Source: a bacterium (GTDB lineage: Bacteria; SZUA-182; DTGQ01). From it: 64,000 nt of DNA. Each line of letters opens with the position of its first letter. The first letter of the stretch is position 1. The notes below the pieces were generated by a model. It searched no databases. It was given only the letters and a program-made list of their open reading frames with translations, and was not told where the DNA came from. The stretch covers positions 2,102 to 66,101 of the forward strand of contig JBFLZW010000041.1 in NCBI GenBank assembly GCA_040755755.1, read 5' to 3'. This document shows, in pieces, positions 1 through 11,018 of this stretch. Made by a program: the position numbers and the translations under genes.

Positions 1-937
1 GAATCCGGAAACTGAAAAATCCCCGGTTAAACCCTACGGTAGCGCTGTAGCGATCCAAAGCCAGATCGTTATTGACCTTGACTCCGTAATGGCTCAGCAT
101 ATCGTCCAGGTTGTGTTTGACCTGCTGGGACTGGAGCATGTTCTTCTTATCAAGTTTTATCGTATCCACAAGAAAAATGGCTTTGCCGCCGCGCATGATG
201 AACTGATCGATCTCATACTGGGCCCGCTCGCTGGTCTCCTCCGGCCCCATGACAATGAGGGTGGTGACTGAGGCAGGGATTTTTTCCCCCTTTTTCAGAT
301 CAAGAACATCCACCGTATACTGCTTGCTCAGATCCTCCCTGACCCTCGTAGTTTCTTCATTGAGCTCCTGCTCCGGCCTGTCCGTCAGAAAGGCCACTGT
401 TTTCGGTTCCTTCTGGGTAACCCGGATTATGGCGCTGGTCAGATCGTACTCGAGGTTTCTGGTATCCTGAATTACCGGGATGGTTTCTTTCTTATCCTGG
501 TAGAGGATCATCATCCCAAGATAAACATTGGTCAATTGAGCCTGGTCTTTCTGAAAGACATTCAACTGGACTTTCGGTATACCGATAAAATGCATCCTTT
601 GCTCCAGGGTCGGGTCCGAGGCAGGATCGATGAATTCGATCTGAAGGTTGCCGCCGCTATAAGCCTTGTATTCATCCAGCATGTCCTGTACCTGGCTGTT
701 CAAGGTGGCCAGTTGCGGAGGCAACTCCTTGGAAAAGTATACCTTGATATTAACCACATCATTTAATTTGGCCAGGGCAGTCTGGGTGGATTTCGATATG
801 CTGTACATCTTCTCTGCCGTAAGGTCAAGACGCTTGAAATGACGGATGGAGAGGAAGTTGACGACCGCCAGAATCCCCAGCAGGATAAGAGTTACCAGAA
901 AAAGGTTGCTGCTGTATTTTACTTTTCTCAATCCCAT
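1..937 (-). CDS. GldG-like ABC-transporter auxiliary component (partial; C-terminal part lies beyond the left window edge)
   Basis: An ATG at 937..935 opens a minus-strand ORF that runs more than 300 codons to the window edge without a stop (MGLRKVKYSSNLFLVTLILLGILAVVNFLSIRHFKRLDLTAEKMYSISKST...). It has an N-terminal TM helix and GldG/COG3225-like sequence features. It sits immediately downstream of the GldF-like permease. It is absent from the ORF track because it is truncated by the window edge. Confidence 0.6.
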   Translation of the reverse strand, partial: MGLRKVKYSSNLFLVTLILLGILAVVNFLSIRHFKRLDLTAEKMYSISKSTQTALAKLNDVVNIKVYFSKELPPQLATLNSQVQDMLDEYKAYSGGNLQIEFIDPASDPTLEQRMHFIGIPKVQLNVFQKDQAQLTNVYLGMMILYQDKKETIPVIQDTRNLEYDLTSAIIRVTQKEPKTVAFLTDRPEQELNEETTRVREDLSKQYTVDVLDLKKGEKIPASVTTLIVMGPEETSERAQYEIDQFIMRGGKAIFLVDTIKLDKKNMLQSQQVKHNLDDMLSHYGVKVNNDLALDRYSATVGFNRGFFSFRI

Positions 938-949
938 AATTATCTCCAA

Positions 950-1666
950 TTATCTCCATTTCCGGCTTTCGACGGATCGAATGTTAAGGAATAAGAAGAA
1001 GATAATGACTGACACATAGTAGATAAGATCGCGGGAGTCGATAACCCCTCTGCCGATGCTTTCAAAATGGGACCCCAGACCGAGGAAGTTAAAGAGCGGG
1101 GCCAGCCAGCTCGGCAACGCGGTAATCACGATCTGCTCGCCGATGATAAACAGGGCAAAGCAGGTAAAGATACTGATAATGAATGCCACGATCTGATTTT
1201 CAGTCAGGCTGGAAATGAACAGGCCGATCGAGAGGTAGGCAGCCCCCATGAGGAGCGCTCCCAGATATCCCCCGATGATCGGGCCAATGTCTGGCTTGTT
1301 CAGGTAAAAAAGGGTCAGGGGAAAGGTAAAGGTCAAAAGTACGGTAATGGCCAGGAAGAGAAAGGCGGCCAGAAATTTACCCGTGACAATCTCATAGTCA
1401 TTGAGCGGAAAGGTCATGAGAAGCTCGATCGTCCCCAGCTTTTTTTCCTCAGCCCACATTCTCATGGTAACAGCCGGGACGAAAAAGAGAAATTCCCAGG
1501 GGAGAATGGAGAAAAAGGGCCTCATGGTGGCTTCTCCAATCAGAAAAAATCCCCGGAAGAACAGCCATCCGCTGAAAACCAGAAAAGCGGTTATAAAGAT
1601 ATAAGCAATCGGAGAATTGAAGTAGCTCCGGAATTCTTTCTTGAAAATAGCGAATATATTGCTCAT
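950..1666 (-). CDS. ABC-2 type transporter permease (GldF-like)
   Basis: 238-aa polytopic membrane protein whose N-terminus is MSNIFAIFKKEFRSYFNSPIAYIFITAFLVFSGWLFF, typical of the GldF/ABC-2 permease family. It is adjacent to an ABC ATPase. Confidence 0.8.
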   Translation of the reverse strand: MSNIFAIFKKEFRSYFNSPIAYIFITAFLVFSGWLFFRGFFLIGEATMRPFFSILPWEFLFFVPAVTMRMWAEEKKLGTIELLMTFPLNDYEIVTGKFLAAFLFLAITVLLTFTFPLTLFYLNKPDIGPIIGGYLGALLMGAAYLSIGLFISSLTENQIVAFIISIFTCFALFIIGEQIVITALPSWLAPLFNFLGLGSHFESIGRGVIDSRDLIYYVSVIIFFLFLNIRSVESRKWR

Positions 1667-1668
1667 AG

Positions 1669-2607
1669 CTAATTTTCCTCAGTGGTAAGTTGTTTAAAGA
1701 CATCTTCCAGGGTAATCTGGGTTCTCATGAGCTCGGTTAATGACCATTTGTTATCGACCACCAGCCGGAAAAGTGATTCCCGGATATCCATTCCCTGCCG
1801 GCTTTTGACCTCGAATCGGTGGCCTCCGTTTTCCGAAGTCAAAAGACGAAACTCCTGAACACCTTCCAGGGCACCCAGTTGCTCCTGGATTTTATCGGAA
1901 GGCCCGTTAACAGTAATATAGACAGTTTCTCCTCCCCCCTGAGCCTGAGTTGCCAGCTCCTCCGGTGTTCCGCTGCCGACGATCCGGCCATCTTTGATGA
2001 TAATAATGCGGTTACAGGTGGCCTGCACTTCAGGCAGGATATGCGAGCACAGGATAACGGTTTTTTGCTGGCCGATCTCCTTGATCAGACTCCGGATTTC
2101 GATGATCTGGTTGGGATCAAGGCCGGTGGTCGGCTCATCGAGGATAAGGACATCCGGATTATGGATCAGCGTCTGCGCCAGTCCCACCCTCTGACGGTAT
2201 CCTTTGGACAATTGTCCGATGTTCTTGCCCAGTTCCTTGTCCAGCCCACACAGATGGGCTATTTCCCTGATCCTGCTTTTCCGTTTGGCCTGGGGAATTT
2301 TGCGGATTTCAGCCACGAATTTCAGGTAGTCGATGACCCCCATATCGTGGTACAGGGGAGTATTCTCCGGGAGATAGCCGATCTTCTCCCTGACTTTGAG
2401 GGAATCCTCAAGAGTATCCAGCCCGTCCACAGTGGCTTTGCCTTCATCCGGAGGCATATAGCAGGTCAGGATTTTCATCGTGGTACTTTTCCCCGCGCCG
2501 TTCGGTCCCAGAAATCCCAGAATCTCACCTTTCTGGACCTCGAAAGAGATATTATCTACAGCCAGGGTCGGGCCGTATCTCTTGGTAAGATTGGTTACGG
2601 TGATCAT
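1669..2607 (-). CDS. ABC transporter ATP-binding protein (GldA-like)
   Basis: Walker A motif GPNGAGKST is present, followed by an ABC signature LSKGYRQR, a Walker B motif ILDEPTTGLD and an H-loop. There is a 3-bp gap to the permease gene. Confidence 0.9.
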   Translation of the reverse strand: MITVTNLTKRYGPTLAVDNISFEVQKGEILGFLGPNGAGKSTTMKILTCYMPPDEGKATVDGLDTLEDSLKVREKIGYLPENTPLYHDMGVIDYLKFVAEIRKIPQAKRKSRIREIAHLCGLDKELGKNIGQLSKGYRQRVGLAQTLIHNPDVLILDEPTTGLDPNQIIEIRSLIKEIGQQKTVILCSHILPEVQATCNRIIIIKDGRIVGSGTPEELATQAQGGGETVYITVNGPSDKIQEQLGALEGVQEFRLLTSENGGHRFEVKSRQGMDIRESLFRLVVDNKWSLTELMRTQITLEDVFKQLTTEEN

Positions 2608-2641
2608 AATTTATCTTTTCCTTTCTCATGATGTTATAAGT

Positions 2642-3451
2642 TTAAAATGAGATTTTTTGAATATATTCGCTCTGCACCCAACCATTCAATCCGTTTTTGA
2701 TGGTAATCTGAAGCCAATCCCCCCTTTGCTGATGAATTGAAAAGGTTGTCCCTTCATGCAGGGAAAAAAGAGTGGCCAGATTTTCTTCGGGGCCGCTTTT
2801 GATTTCGACTGCTTTGGAAATAATGACTCCGAATTGGGCTGTCTTTAATTGAGAGATTCGATAGAAAAGCACCCCTGCGGCCAGAATAAATATGGCCAAA
2901 AAGAGGGTTAAAAGGTGAAACAGCCTCTTTCTGACACTCTCCTCTTTTTTCCGGATAATAAGGATTCCCAACAAAACCAGAATAAGATAGATGCCGGTAT
3001 TCATCAGGGTCAGTTCGTTCAGGGTCAGAAAATTGATTGCTTTCTCTCCCAGGGAGAGCAGCGCGGAAGGGTGTGATTCAATCTTATCGACAGTCAGGGA
3101 ATGAGCATAAGCAAGATTCTTCTGGATATCCTCATCCCGGGGAAGGAGCCGACTGGCTTTCTCATAATAAAGAATAGCCCTCCCCAATTCTCCGTTCTTG
3201 AAATAGGCATTTCCCAGGTTATAGTAAATAAAGGGGTCCTGGTATCCCTGTCGGATAAGGTCAAGGTAGCATTGAATAGCCTCGGAATATTTTTGTTTCC
3301 CGTAATATTCGGTAGCCTGCTTGAACCGGTCAAGGCCCGATAACTTCGCTGTGCTCTCCCCTCTCGCCGGGGAGGAAGCACCGATGATCAGGCAAAGGAG
3401 AAAAACGAGGAGCAGTGGATATCCCTGAGAGCGAGTGCTGTTTGTGGTCAT
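2642..3451 (-). CDS. batE: BatE-like protein with TPR repeats and a C-terminal SH3-like domain
   Basis: It has a signal peptide and TPR-type repeats (YYNLGNAYFKNGELGRAILYYEKA), then a TM segment, then a C-terminal SH3b-like end (GDWLQITIKNGLNGWV). Its position is last in the Bat operon. Confidence 0.55.
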   Translation of the reverse strand: MTTNSTRSQGYPLLLVFLLCLIIGASSPARGESTAKLSGLDRFKQATEYYGKQKYSEAIQCYLDLIRQGYQDPFIYYNLGNAYFKNGELGRAILYYEKASRLLPRDEDIQKNLAYAHSLTVDKIESHPSALLSLGEKAINFLTLNELTLMNTGIYLILVLLGILIIRKKEESVRKRLFHLLTLFLAIFILAAGVLFYRISQLKTAQFGVIISKAVEIKSGPEENLATLFSLHEGTTFSIHQQRGDWLQITIKNGLNGWVQSEYIQKISF

Positions 3452-5331
3452 ATTTTCTCCCTGGTAGCTTTTTCGAGGTTGTAAATAACCTGTTCCGCTT
3501 CGGCCAGTAAGCTCTTTCGTGCCCGGCCATTACTGGATGCAGCGGCAAAGCGTGCATAATCGCATTCATCGAGGCAGTGCTGCAGCTGGGTCAATACTTC
3601 CCGCGTTACTCCAAGGGCTTGAAACTGCTCAACCATCTGTTGACTGGTGAGCCCTGCGGCCTGGACATTGAGCTTGTCAGCCGCATATTCGGTCAGAGAT
3701 TTTGAGACCGCAGCATAAAACTCCTTCTCCTCTCCTTTCTTATCGTGAAGGAGTGCCTGGCCAAGTTTTTTTCTGGCCAGCCGGTGTGCCCGCTTCAGCC
3801 GGGCGTACCGCTGATCTCCCTGGAGCTTTTGTGCCCGCCGGTCCATCACAAAACAGGCAAGGAGTACAAGAAGCGGAACCAGAAGGAAACTTAAGAATAC
3901 CTTATTGTCGAAGAAAAATAAATCTTTTTTTAAAAATTTCAGGTCCGTTTTAATATATTGGATATCTCTCCGGGTTAAGGTGACTTCCTGCTGATAAACC
4001 GGTGCCCTGTTTCCGCCGGAAGCGGGAGAGCCTGCCGTAACAGTACGCTGGTCCGGGGCCGCCGGAGCTATTGATACCAGGATAGGATCAGTCGTCAGGG
4101 TATGGTATTTTTCATCCTCCGGATTGAAAAAGGAAAAATGGAGCGATGGAATTTGCAGGTTTCCTGCATTGCGGGGAATCAGGAGAAAGTCAAAGCACTT
4201 TTCACCCTGCAGCTCATTCTGTTTAATCAGATTTTTGGTGCTCGTGGTATCATACTTCTGAAAGCCTTCCAGGGTGGAGAATTCAGGTTCCGGCAGGCTT
4301 TCGATGTAGCCGGCCCCCTTAATCCTGACATGCAGGGTAATGGGCTCGTTTTGAACACCGCTTTTTCGATCCACCTTGGCCGAAAGGGTAAACTTGCCAA
4401 CCGCTCCGCGAAAATCCGCAGGTTTTCCCTTCTCAGGCAGGGGAAGCACCTCGATCGTAATCGGCTCTGTTTTGAGCATCCGGGGGGGTGAAAAGAACCC
4501 TGCCTGATAAGACAGGGTGGCAGGTCCGATGGTGTGCTTTCCCGGACTCATGGGAAAAAGTGCCCGTTTGATTTCCTGAACCCGGTACTGCCTTCCGTCA
4601 ACAACCCTGATATCAGATGTGGCGGGTGCCTCCAGGTCCTCCACCCAGAAACCTTCCAGAGGAGCCTGCTGATAAGAGGGACTTTGCCATAAATCGATCC
4701 GCCGGTAGAAGCCAAAGGTCAGAATAATCTGCTCATTCACATAGGCTTTGGTTTTGTTGACCGTGTTGGTGATAAAAATATTCCCCCGCGCTGGCCGCTC
4801 TTCCGCATCTCCCCACGGATCGGCTGAGCGGGGTGGCAGAGGAGAAGGGGCATATGGCTGCTGAGGAGACCGGGATCGTGAAGAGTCACCTGGTGAAGCA
4901 GCCTGCGATACAGTTACCGTGATCGGCTCAGTCTGATAGGTCCTGCCTTCGTGAGACAGTTTGATGGCTCCAATGGTGAGCTTCCCGGAGGCTTCAGGCC
5001 GCAGGATATATTTTATGGTCTTTGATACGGAGACCTTTCCGTTAATCCAGGAAAAGTTTGATCCCTGGTAGGAGTTGACAACCGAAAAGCCCGGCAGATC
5101 CGGGAGCTCAGGATCGGGAAGAGAGCCGATATTTGAGCCCTCGATAACCACGGACAGGGAGAGGTGGTCATCGAGACTCAATTCGGTCTTATCAACCGAA
5201 GCCTGAATCGAAATGGATTCAGCCCGGGCTGCACCCGCCATGAGGAAGGTACAAAGGACCAGGAATATCAGCGTGGCACTATACCGCCTGGTTTTTTCAG
5301 CCGGCATGCTCCTACCAGTCATATTCGACAT
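3448..5331 (-). CDS. batD: BatD-like oxygen-tolerance protein
   Basis: 627 aa with an N-terminal signal/TM, a large periplasmic beta-rich region and a C-terminal TM plus cytoplasmic tail. It lies between batC and batE as in canonical Bat operons. Confidence 0.65.
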   Translation of the reverse strand: MSNMTGRSMPAEKTRRYSATLIFLVLCTFLMAGAARAESISIQASVDKTELSLDDHLSLSVVIEGSNIGSLPDPELPDLPGFSVVNSYQGSNFSWINGKVSVSKTIKYILRPEASGKLTIGAIKLSHEGRTYQTEPITVTVSQAASPGDSSRSRSPQQPYAPSPLPPRSADPWGDAEERPARGNIFITNTVNKTKAYVNEQIILTFGFYRRIDLWQSPSYQQAPLEGFWVEDLEAPATSDIRVVDGRQYRVQEIKRALFPMSPGKHTIGPATLSYQAGFFSPPRMLKTEPITIEVLPLPEKGKPADFRGAVGKFTLSAKVDRKSGVQNEPITLHVRIKGAGYIESLPEPEFSTLEGFQKYDTTSTKNLIKQNELQGEKCFDFLLIPRNAGNLQIPSLHFSFFNPEDEKYHTLTTDPILVSIAPAAPDQRTVTAGSPASGGNRAPVYQQEVTLTRRDIQYIKTDLKFLKKDLFFFDNKVFLSFLLVPLLVLLACFVMDRRAQKLQGDQRYARLKRAHRLARKKLGQALLHDKKGEEKEFYAAVSKSLTEYAADKLNVQAAGLTSQQMVEQFQALGVTREVLTQLQHCLDECDYARFAAASSNGRARKSLLAEAEQVIYNLEKATREKI

Positions 5332-6217
5332 CTCTTCCTCCTCCTTCTCCGTGCTGCTGCTGCTGCTGCATCAGACGGAGTTGCTCCCGGACCTTTTTTT
5401 CCCGCTCATCCAGGGATTGCAGTATCCTGAGGGCATCCTCTCTGGACATCTTCTGATCTTTCTTGTCCTGGTTCCCGGAATCCGGCTTACTCATGGCCGC
5501 CTCCTGCTGCTGCCGGTTTGGGTCCTGCTGAGCAGATTTTGCCTTTTCCTGCTCGCTGTTCTTTTGATCTTTCCGGTCCTGCTGGTTTCCCTGTTTTTGC
5601 TGGCCTTGCTTATTCTGCTGATCCTGTTTGCCCTGTTGATTCTTCCGGTCTTGCTGGCCCTGCTTGTTTTGTTGGTCCTGTGGGTTTTGCTGTTGATTCC
5701 GGGCCATCTCTTTCAGTTTTCGTTTGGCCAGTTCCAGGTTGAATTTGGCATCCTGGTCATCAGGCTCAAGGCCGAGAGATTTTTCGTACTGCTTGACAGC
5801 TTCGGGAAAATCATTCTGGCGGAATTTACAATTCCCAAGGTTATAGTGGGCTTTGGCCTGCACGGTACGGTCTTTTGACTGGGCCGCCTTGTGGTATTCT
5901 TCCGCTGCCTGCTCGAACTTCTCCTGCTTGAACAAAATATCCCCAATATTGAAATGGAGCACTTCCGATTCAGGATGGTCGAGCTGGGCATCCAGATATT
6001 CTTTTAATGCCTCCTCATACTTCCCCTGAGCATAGAGCTCATTCCCTCGTCTGGTTTTATTGATGAACGGGTTAGTCCAGGCCGTGCAGCAGGGGGCTGC
6101 CATAAAAAACAACATAACCACACAAACCCAAAAGAACAGAGGTGGAAATACCCTGCTCCCCTCTGTGTCTCTGTGTCTCTGTGGTTTCTTTTCCCCAAGG
6201 TACTGGTGATTCCTCAT
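5312..6217 (-). CDS. batC: BatC-like TPR protein with a Q/K/D-rich low-complexity C-terminal region
   Basis: TPR repeats are present (AQGKYEEALKEYLD, HYNLGNCKFRQNDFPEAVKQYEKSL), followed by a long QQNKQGQQDRKNQQ-type repetitive tract encoded by ~30-bp imperfect tandem DNA repeats. The ORF track extends it to 6340. The start at 6217 (MRNHQY) was chosen because it avoids overlap with batB. Confidence 0.55.
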   Translation of the reverse strand: MRNHQYLGEKKPQRHRDTEGSRVFPPLFFWVCVVMLFFMAAPCCTAWTNPFINKTRRGNELYAQGKYEEALKEYLDAQLDHPESEVLHFNIGDILFKQEKFEQAAEEYHKAAQSKDRTVQAKAHYNLGNCKFRQNDFPEAVKQYEKSLGLEPDDQDAKFNLELAKRKLKEMARNQQQNPQDQQNKQGQQDRKNQQGKQDQQNKQGQQKQGNQQDRKDQKNSEQEKAKSAQQDPNRQQQEAAMSKPDSGNQDKKDQKMSREDALRILQSLDEREKKVREQLRLMQQQQQHGEGGGRDVEYDW

Positions 6218-6227
6218 GGCCAGTTTC

Positions 6228-7259
6228 TTATTCAAAACGTCCCTCCCAGGTTTTTTTAACCTTGCGGTGATCCCCGAGGAAGAATTCCAGAAGTAACAGG
6301 AGAAGGGCTGGAAATAAAAAGTATACAAACCGGTCCTCATACTGGATATATTTTTTCGATTGGAGATTTTTTTTCTCCATATTGTCTATATCCTGATATA
6401 CTCTGTCGAGCTCCAGTTCGGCAGTGGCTGCATGGTAATATTCCCCGCCGGTCAGGTGGGCGATTTTTTCCAGGGTAGTCTGGTCCAGTCTGGACATGAT
6501 GATCTGTCCGTGTCGGTCCTTTTGATAGCCAAGATGTGCTCCGTTCTGATCCCTTATGGGGATAGGCTCTCCCGCTTCCGAGCCCAGGCCGATAGTATAG
6601 ATCCTGATCCCATCCTGCGCCGCTTCTTTGGCGGCCTCGAGAGGCTGACTGCTGTGATCTTCTCCATCTGTCAGCAGAATGAGTACCTTATATTTTTTTT
6701 CTTCCTGGATAAAAGCCTTCCGGGCCTGCTGAATAGCCTCGCCAATTGCGGTCCCCCGGATGGGGACCGTTTCCGTATCAATTATTCTCAACAGAATTTT
6801 CGCTGCTGCATGGTCCAGGGTCAGGGGACAATGGACCATGCTGGTCCCGGCAAAGCAGATGAGGCCGATGCGGTCTTGCGGTAATTTATCGATCAGTCTG
6901 GCAATCTCATGCTTGGCCCTCTCCAGCCGGTTCGGTTTGATGTCCTCGGCTAACATGCTCTTGGAGGTATCGAGAGCGATTAGAACGTCGATTCCCTTCC
7001 GGTGGATAGTCTGCATCCTGACTCCCCACTGCGGGCGGGCCAGAGCCAGAATGAGGAGCGATAAGGCCAGGAGCACAAGTACGATCTTGCGGGCGGGCCT
7101 TTTCAACCCGGAGGAAGAGGAGGAAAGCTTGTGCAGGAGCAGCGGATTTCCAAACCGCTGCACGGCTTTCTGCCTTCTCCCGTCCGCCCAGAGACAGAAG
7201 AGCACCAGAGCGGGAATGAGCACGAAAAGATAGAACCATTGTGGATCAGCGAATCTCAT
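6228..7259 (-). CDS. batB: BatB-like von Willebrand factor A (vWA) domain protein
   Basis: It has N-terminal TM helices and a vWA MIDAS motif (DTSKSM ... LLTDGEDHS). Confidence 0.8.
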   Translation of the reverse strand: MRFADPQWFYLFVLIPALVLFCLWADGRRQKAVQRFGNPLLLHKLSSSSSGLKRPARKIVLVLLALSLLILALARPQWGVRMQTIHRKGIDVLIALDTSKSMLAEDIKPNRLERAKHEIARLIDKLPQDRIGLICFAGTSMVHCPLTLDHAAAKILLRIIDTETVPIRGTAIGEAIQQARKAFIQEEKKYKVLILLTDGEDHSSQPLEAAKEAAQDGIRIYTIGLGSEAGEPIPIRDQNGAHLGYQKDRHGQIIMSRLDQTTLEKIAHLTGGEYYHAATAELELDRVYQDIDNMEKKNLQSKKYIQYEDRFVYFLFPALLLLLLEFFLGDHRKVKKTWEGRFE

Positions 7260-7260
7260 G

Positions 7261-8265
7261 TTACGGTATTGTCCTGAATCGGGTATTTTCGAGAATAATA
7301 CTGATAGTGAACAAAAGGAGAGCTATAGGTATAAGATACTGAAACAATTCTCTATACTCCATGTAATGCTTGACTTCTCTCTTGGTCTTTTCGAGGCGGT
7401 CGATCTGCTGATAGATTTTTTTGAGACTGTCTCTGTCTATTGCCCGGAAATACTGTCCGCCGGTAATTTTGGCTATTTCCTTCAGGGTTTTCTCATCCAT
7501 CTGAGTCAGCACCGGACGTCCGTCCGGCCCTATGATATATCTTTTGCCATAGACAGGATCATAAACCGGAATTGGCGCTCCTCCCTCCCTGCCGACTCCT
7601 ACCGTATATACTTTAATGCCGAAGGACTGGGCTATCCGGGCAGCGGTGATGGGATCGATCTCCCCCCGGTTATTCTGGCCATCGGTGAGCAAAATCACGA
7701 TCTTGCTTTTAGCCCTGGTATCTTTCAGCCGGTTTACACAATTGGCCAGTGCCATGCCGATTGCCGTTCCATCTTCCAGCATATCGAACTGAACATTTTC
7801 CAATAAGCTGAGCAGGACGCTGTAATCCGAGGTCAGAGGGCATTGAGTAATGGATTGTCCGGCAAAGACAACCATGCCGATCTGGTCCGAATCCCTGCCT
7901 CGGATGAATTCGGAAACCACCTGTTTGGCCACATGAAGCCGGTTGTTGGGTTTAAAATCTTCAGCCCGCATGGATCCTGAAGCATCGATGGTCAGCATGA
8001 CGTCAATCCCCCGGGTGGTAATGTCCCTGTTCTTTTTTCCCGCCTGCGGCCTGGCCAAAGCCAGAATAATCAATGCTGCGGCCGTTGCCTTCAGAATAAA
8101 AACCAGATGCCGGTAGCGGAGCGACCGGGAAGGCCGTATCTGCTTCAGCAGGCTGATATCCGAAAACCGAAGAGTTGCCTTTCTTCGCCTTCTGGTCAGG
8201 TACCAGAAAACCATGACCGGAATGATGAGGAGCCACCACAACTGATATCCATACATGAATCGCAT
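7261..8265 (-). CDS. batA: BatA-like vWA domain protein
   Basis: It has N-terminal TM helices and a vWA MIDAS motif (DASGSM ... LLTDGQNN). There is a 1-bp gap to batB. Confidence 0.8.
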   Translation of the reverse strand: MRFMYGYQLWWLLIIPVMVFWYLTRRRRKATLRFSDISLLKQIRPSRSLRYRHLVFILKATAAALIILALARPQAGKKNRDITTRGIDVMLTIDASGSMRAEDFKPNNRLHVAKQVVSEFIRGRDSDQIGMVVFAGQSITQCPLTSDYSVLLSLLENVQFDMLEDGTAIGMALANCVNRLKDTRAKSKIVILLTDGQNNRGEIDPITAARIAQSFGIKVYTVGVGREGGAPIPVYDPVYGKRYIIGPDGRPVLTQMDEKTLKEIAKITGGQYFRAIDRDSLKKIYQQIDRLEKTKREVKHYMEYRELFQYLIPIALLLFTISIILENTRFRTIP

Positions 8266-8266
8266 G

Positions 8267-8965
8267 TCACTTCAGCTCCACTGCCTGCTGTCCCTGCCGG
8301 ACAGGGATGTCCTCCCGTGCCTCCCGGCTGCTGCTGTCCGCAGGCCGGGTATGGTCAATTATCTCATAGGCCATCCGGTACCTGTGTTCCGTTTCCTCCA
8401 TCTGCGGGATGTACTTGGCAAACTTGACCAGATCGCATCCGCTTAAAAAATCCGAAATCAGCATCCTGTGCTGAACCTGAAGCGGCTGGTCCCGGAGATC
8501 GTGCAGCAGCTCTTCGGTTGTGGCCTCAAGAGCATTGATCTGATAGCGCCGGGCAAGGTATTGGCGGATGATCTCGGATAAGCGAAAATAGAATTCCTTG
8601 ATTTTCCCATCTTGCTTGAAATCATTCCAGAGCCTTGTTAACTCCGCCAAAGCGGCCTCGTGGGCAGGCAAGGGGGTAATCTCTTCATCCGAAACCCTGG
8701 AAACCTTCTTCTTCCAATAATGGTGGATTCCCCACCAGGCCAGAAGTAAGGCGGCTGCGACCAGCCCTCCCCAGAGCAGCGCTTTCCAATAGGGAGCCCA
8801 GTTTCTTTTCATCTCGAGAGGCGGTTTGATATCCTTGATATCCTCCGGAGCCGTTTCAGCAACCCCGGGCACATATCCGGCAGGAGCAGCCACCACAGGG
8901 TGAAAAACAGAAAAACTCATGAGTACCATCAGAAAGAGAACAATCTGAATTTTCATCATCGCCAT
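8267..8965 (-). CDS. hypothetical membrane-anchored protein (DUF4381-like) of the Bat operon
   Basis: 232 aa with a signal peptide and one TM. It sits between the DUF58 protein and BatA, where Bat operons usually carry a DUF4381 protein. Confidence 0.45.
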   Translation of the reverse strand: MAMMKIQIVLFLMVLMSFSVFHPVVAAPAGYVPGVAETAPEDIKDIKPPLEMKRNWAPYWKALLWGGLVAAALLLAWWGIHHYWKKKVSRVSDEEITPLPAHEAALAELTRLWNDFKQDGKIKEFYFRLSEIIRQYLARRYQINALEATTEELLHDLRDQPLQVQHRMLISDFLSGCDLVKFAKYIPQMEETEHRYRMAYEIIDHTRPADSSSREAREDIPVRQGQQAVELK

Positions 8966-9834
8966 CTTTTGGCCCTCATCCGGAAAAATTTATTCAATTC
9001 ATCCACATATGGACGGTCGGTTACTACCTCGATGGAGTCCAGGCTCAGGGAGCGAAAAAGCTTCTGTCTCTCTGCCCGCTGCCGGTCGCTGGCCTGAAAA
9101 AACATCTCCCGGAAAGCCCGATCGGAGGTATCGATCAGGATTGTCTCTCCGGTTTCAGCATCTTCCAGCTCAATCAATCCTGCATCCGCAAGCTGCACTT
9201 CCCGGGGATCGGCGATGGCAATGGGAATGAGATCATGCTTTTGAGCAACGATCTCAAGAGCCTTCCGGTAGTCTGAGGAAAAAAAGTCGGAAATAAGAAA
9301 AGCAACACATTTTCGCCGGCTGACCCGGTATAAAAACTCGAGGGCTGCGCTCAGGCTGGTTTGCCGGCCTTGAGGCTGGAAATACAAAAGCTCCCGGATA
9401 ACCCGCAGGACATGCTTTTTCCCCTTTTTCGGGGTGATGAACTTTTCGATCCTGTCGGTAAAGATAATGAGGCCCACCCGGTCATTGTTCTTGATCGCTG
9501 AAAAGGCCAGAAGGGCACAGATTTCAGCCGCTATTTCGCCCTTCATCTGCCGGGCAGTCCCGAACTCTCCGGAAGAGCTGGCATCTACCAGGAGCATCAC
9601 CGTAAGCTCCCGTTCTTCCCGGTACTGCTTGATATGCGGATGGCCAGTCCTGGCCGTTACGTTCCAGTCGATAGACCGGATATCATCACCCATCTGGTAC
9701 TCGCGGACTTCTGCAAAGTCGATCCCCTGGCCCTTGAAGACGCTGTGGTATCCACCGGCCAGAAGATCGTTGACCAGACGGTTGGTGTAGATTTCGATAT
9801 GCCTGATTTTCTGAATGATTTCCTTGGGGAGCAT
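8956..9834 (-). CDS. DUF58-domain protein (MoxR partner)
   Basis: 292 aa containing a ...DWNVTAR...MLLVDASSS... DUF58 signature. It is directly downstream of moxR with a 10-bp overlap. Confidence 0.8.
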   Translation of the reverse strand: MLPKEIIQKIRHIEIYTNRLVNDLLAGGYHSVFKGQGIDFAEVREYQMGDDIRSIDWNVTARTGHPHIKQYREERELTVMLLVDASSSGEFGTARQMKGEIAAEICALLAFSAIKNNDRVGLIIFTDRIEKFITPKKGKKHVLRVIRELLYFQPQGRQTSLSAALEFLYRVSRRKCVAFLISDFFSSDYRKALEIVAQKHDLIPIAIADPREVQLADAGLIELEDAETGETILIDTSDRAFREMFFQASDRQRAERQKLFRSLSLDSIEVVTDRPYVDELNKFFRMRAKRWR

Positions 9835-9857
9835 AGCCGTTTATTATGGCACTTCTC

Positions 9858-10844
<987 letters not shown>

Positions 10845-11018
10845 CGTTCAATCCTCCCCGAAAGTATAGCTCAAAACAAAGCTCATGGAATAATGAAAAA
10901 GGGACTTCACGGATTAGATAAAATTCCTTATAACCCATTTGTCCCTTTTACGGTATGTCCGTACAACAGCACAAGAATCTGCGAATAGTTCAAACCAATG
11001 CAGGAAAGATTGGTATAA

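Noticed and set aside
1067-1672. 201-aa plus-strand ORF rich in G/K/E
   Set aside because: It is antisense to the GldF-like permease gene. Its composition reflects the complementary strand of hydrophobic codons.
5213-5878. 221-aa Leu-rich plus-strand ORF and 74-aa ORF in the batC region
   Set aside because: They are the reverse strand of the Q/K-rich tandem repeats of batC, and the Leu-rich product is a strand artefact.
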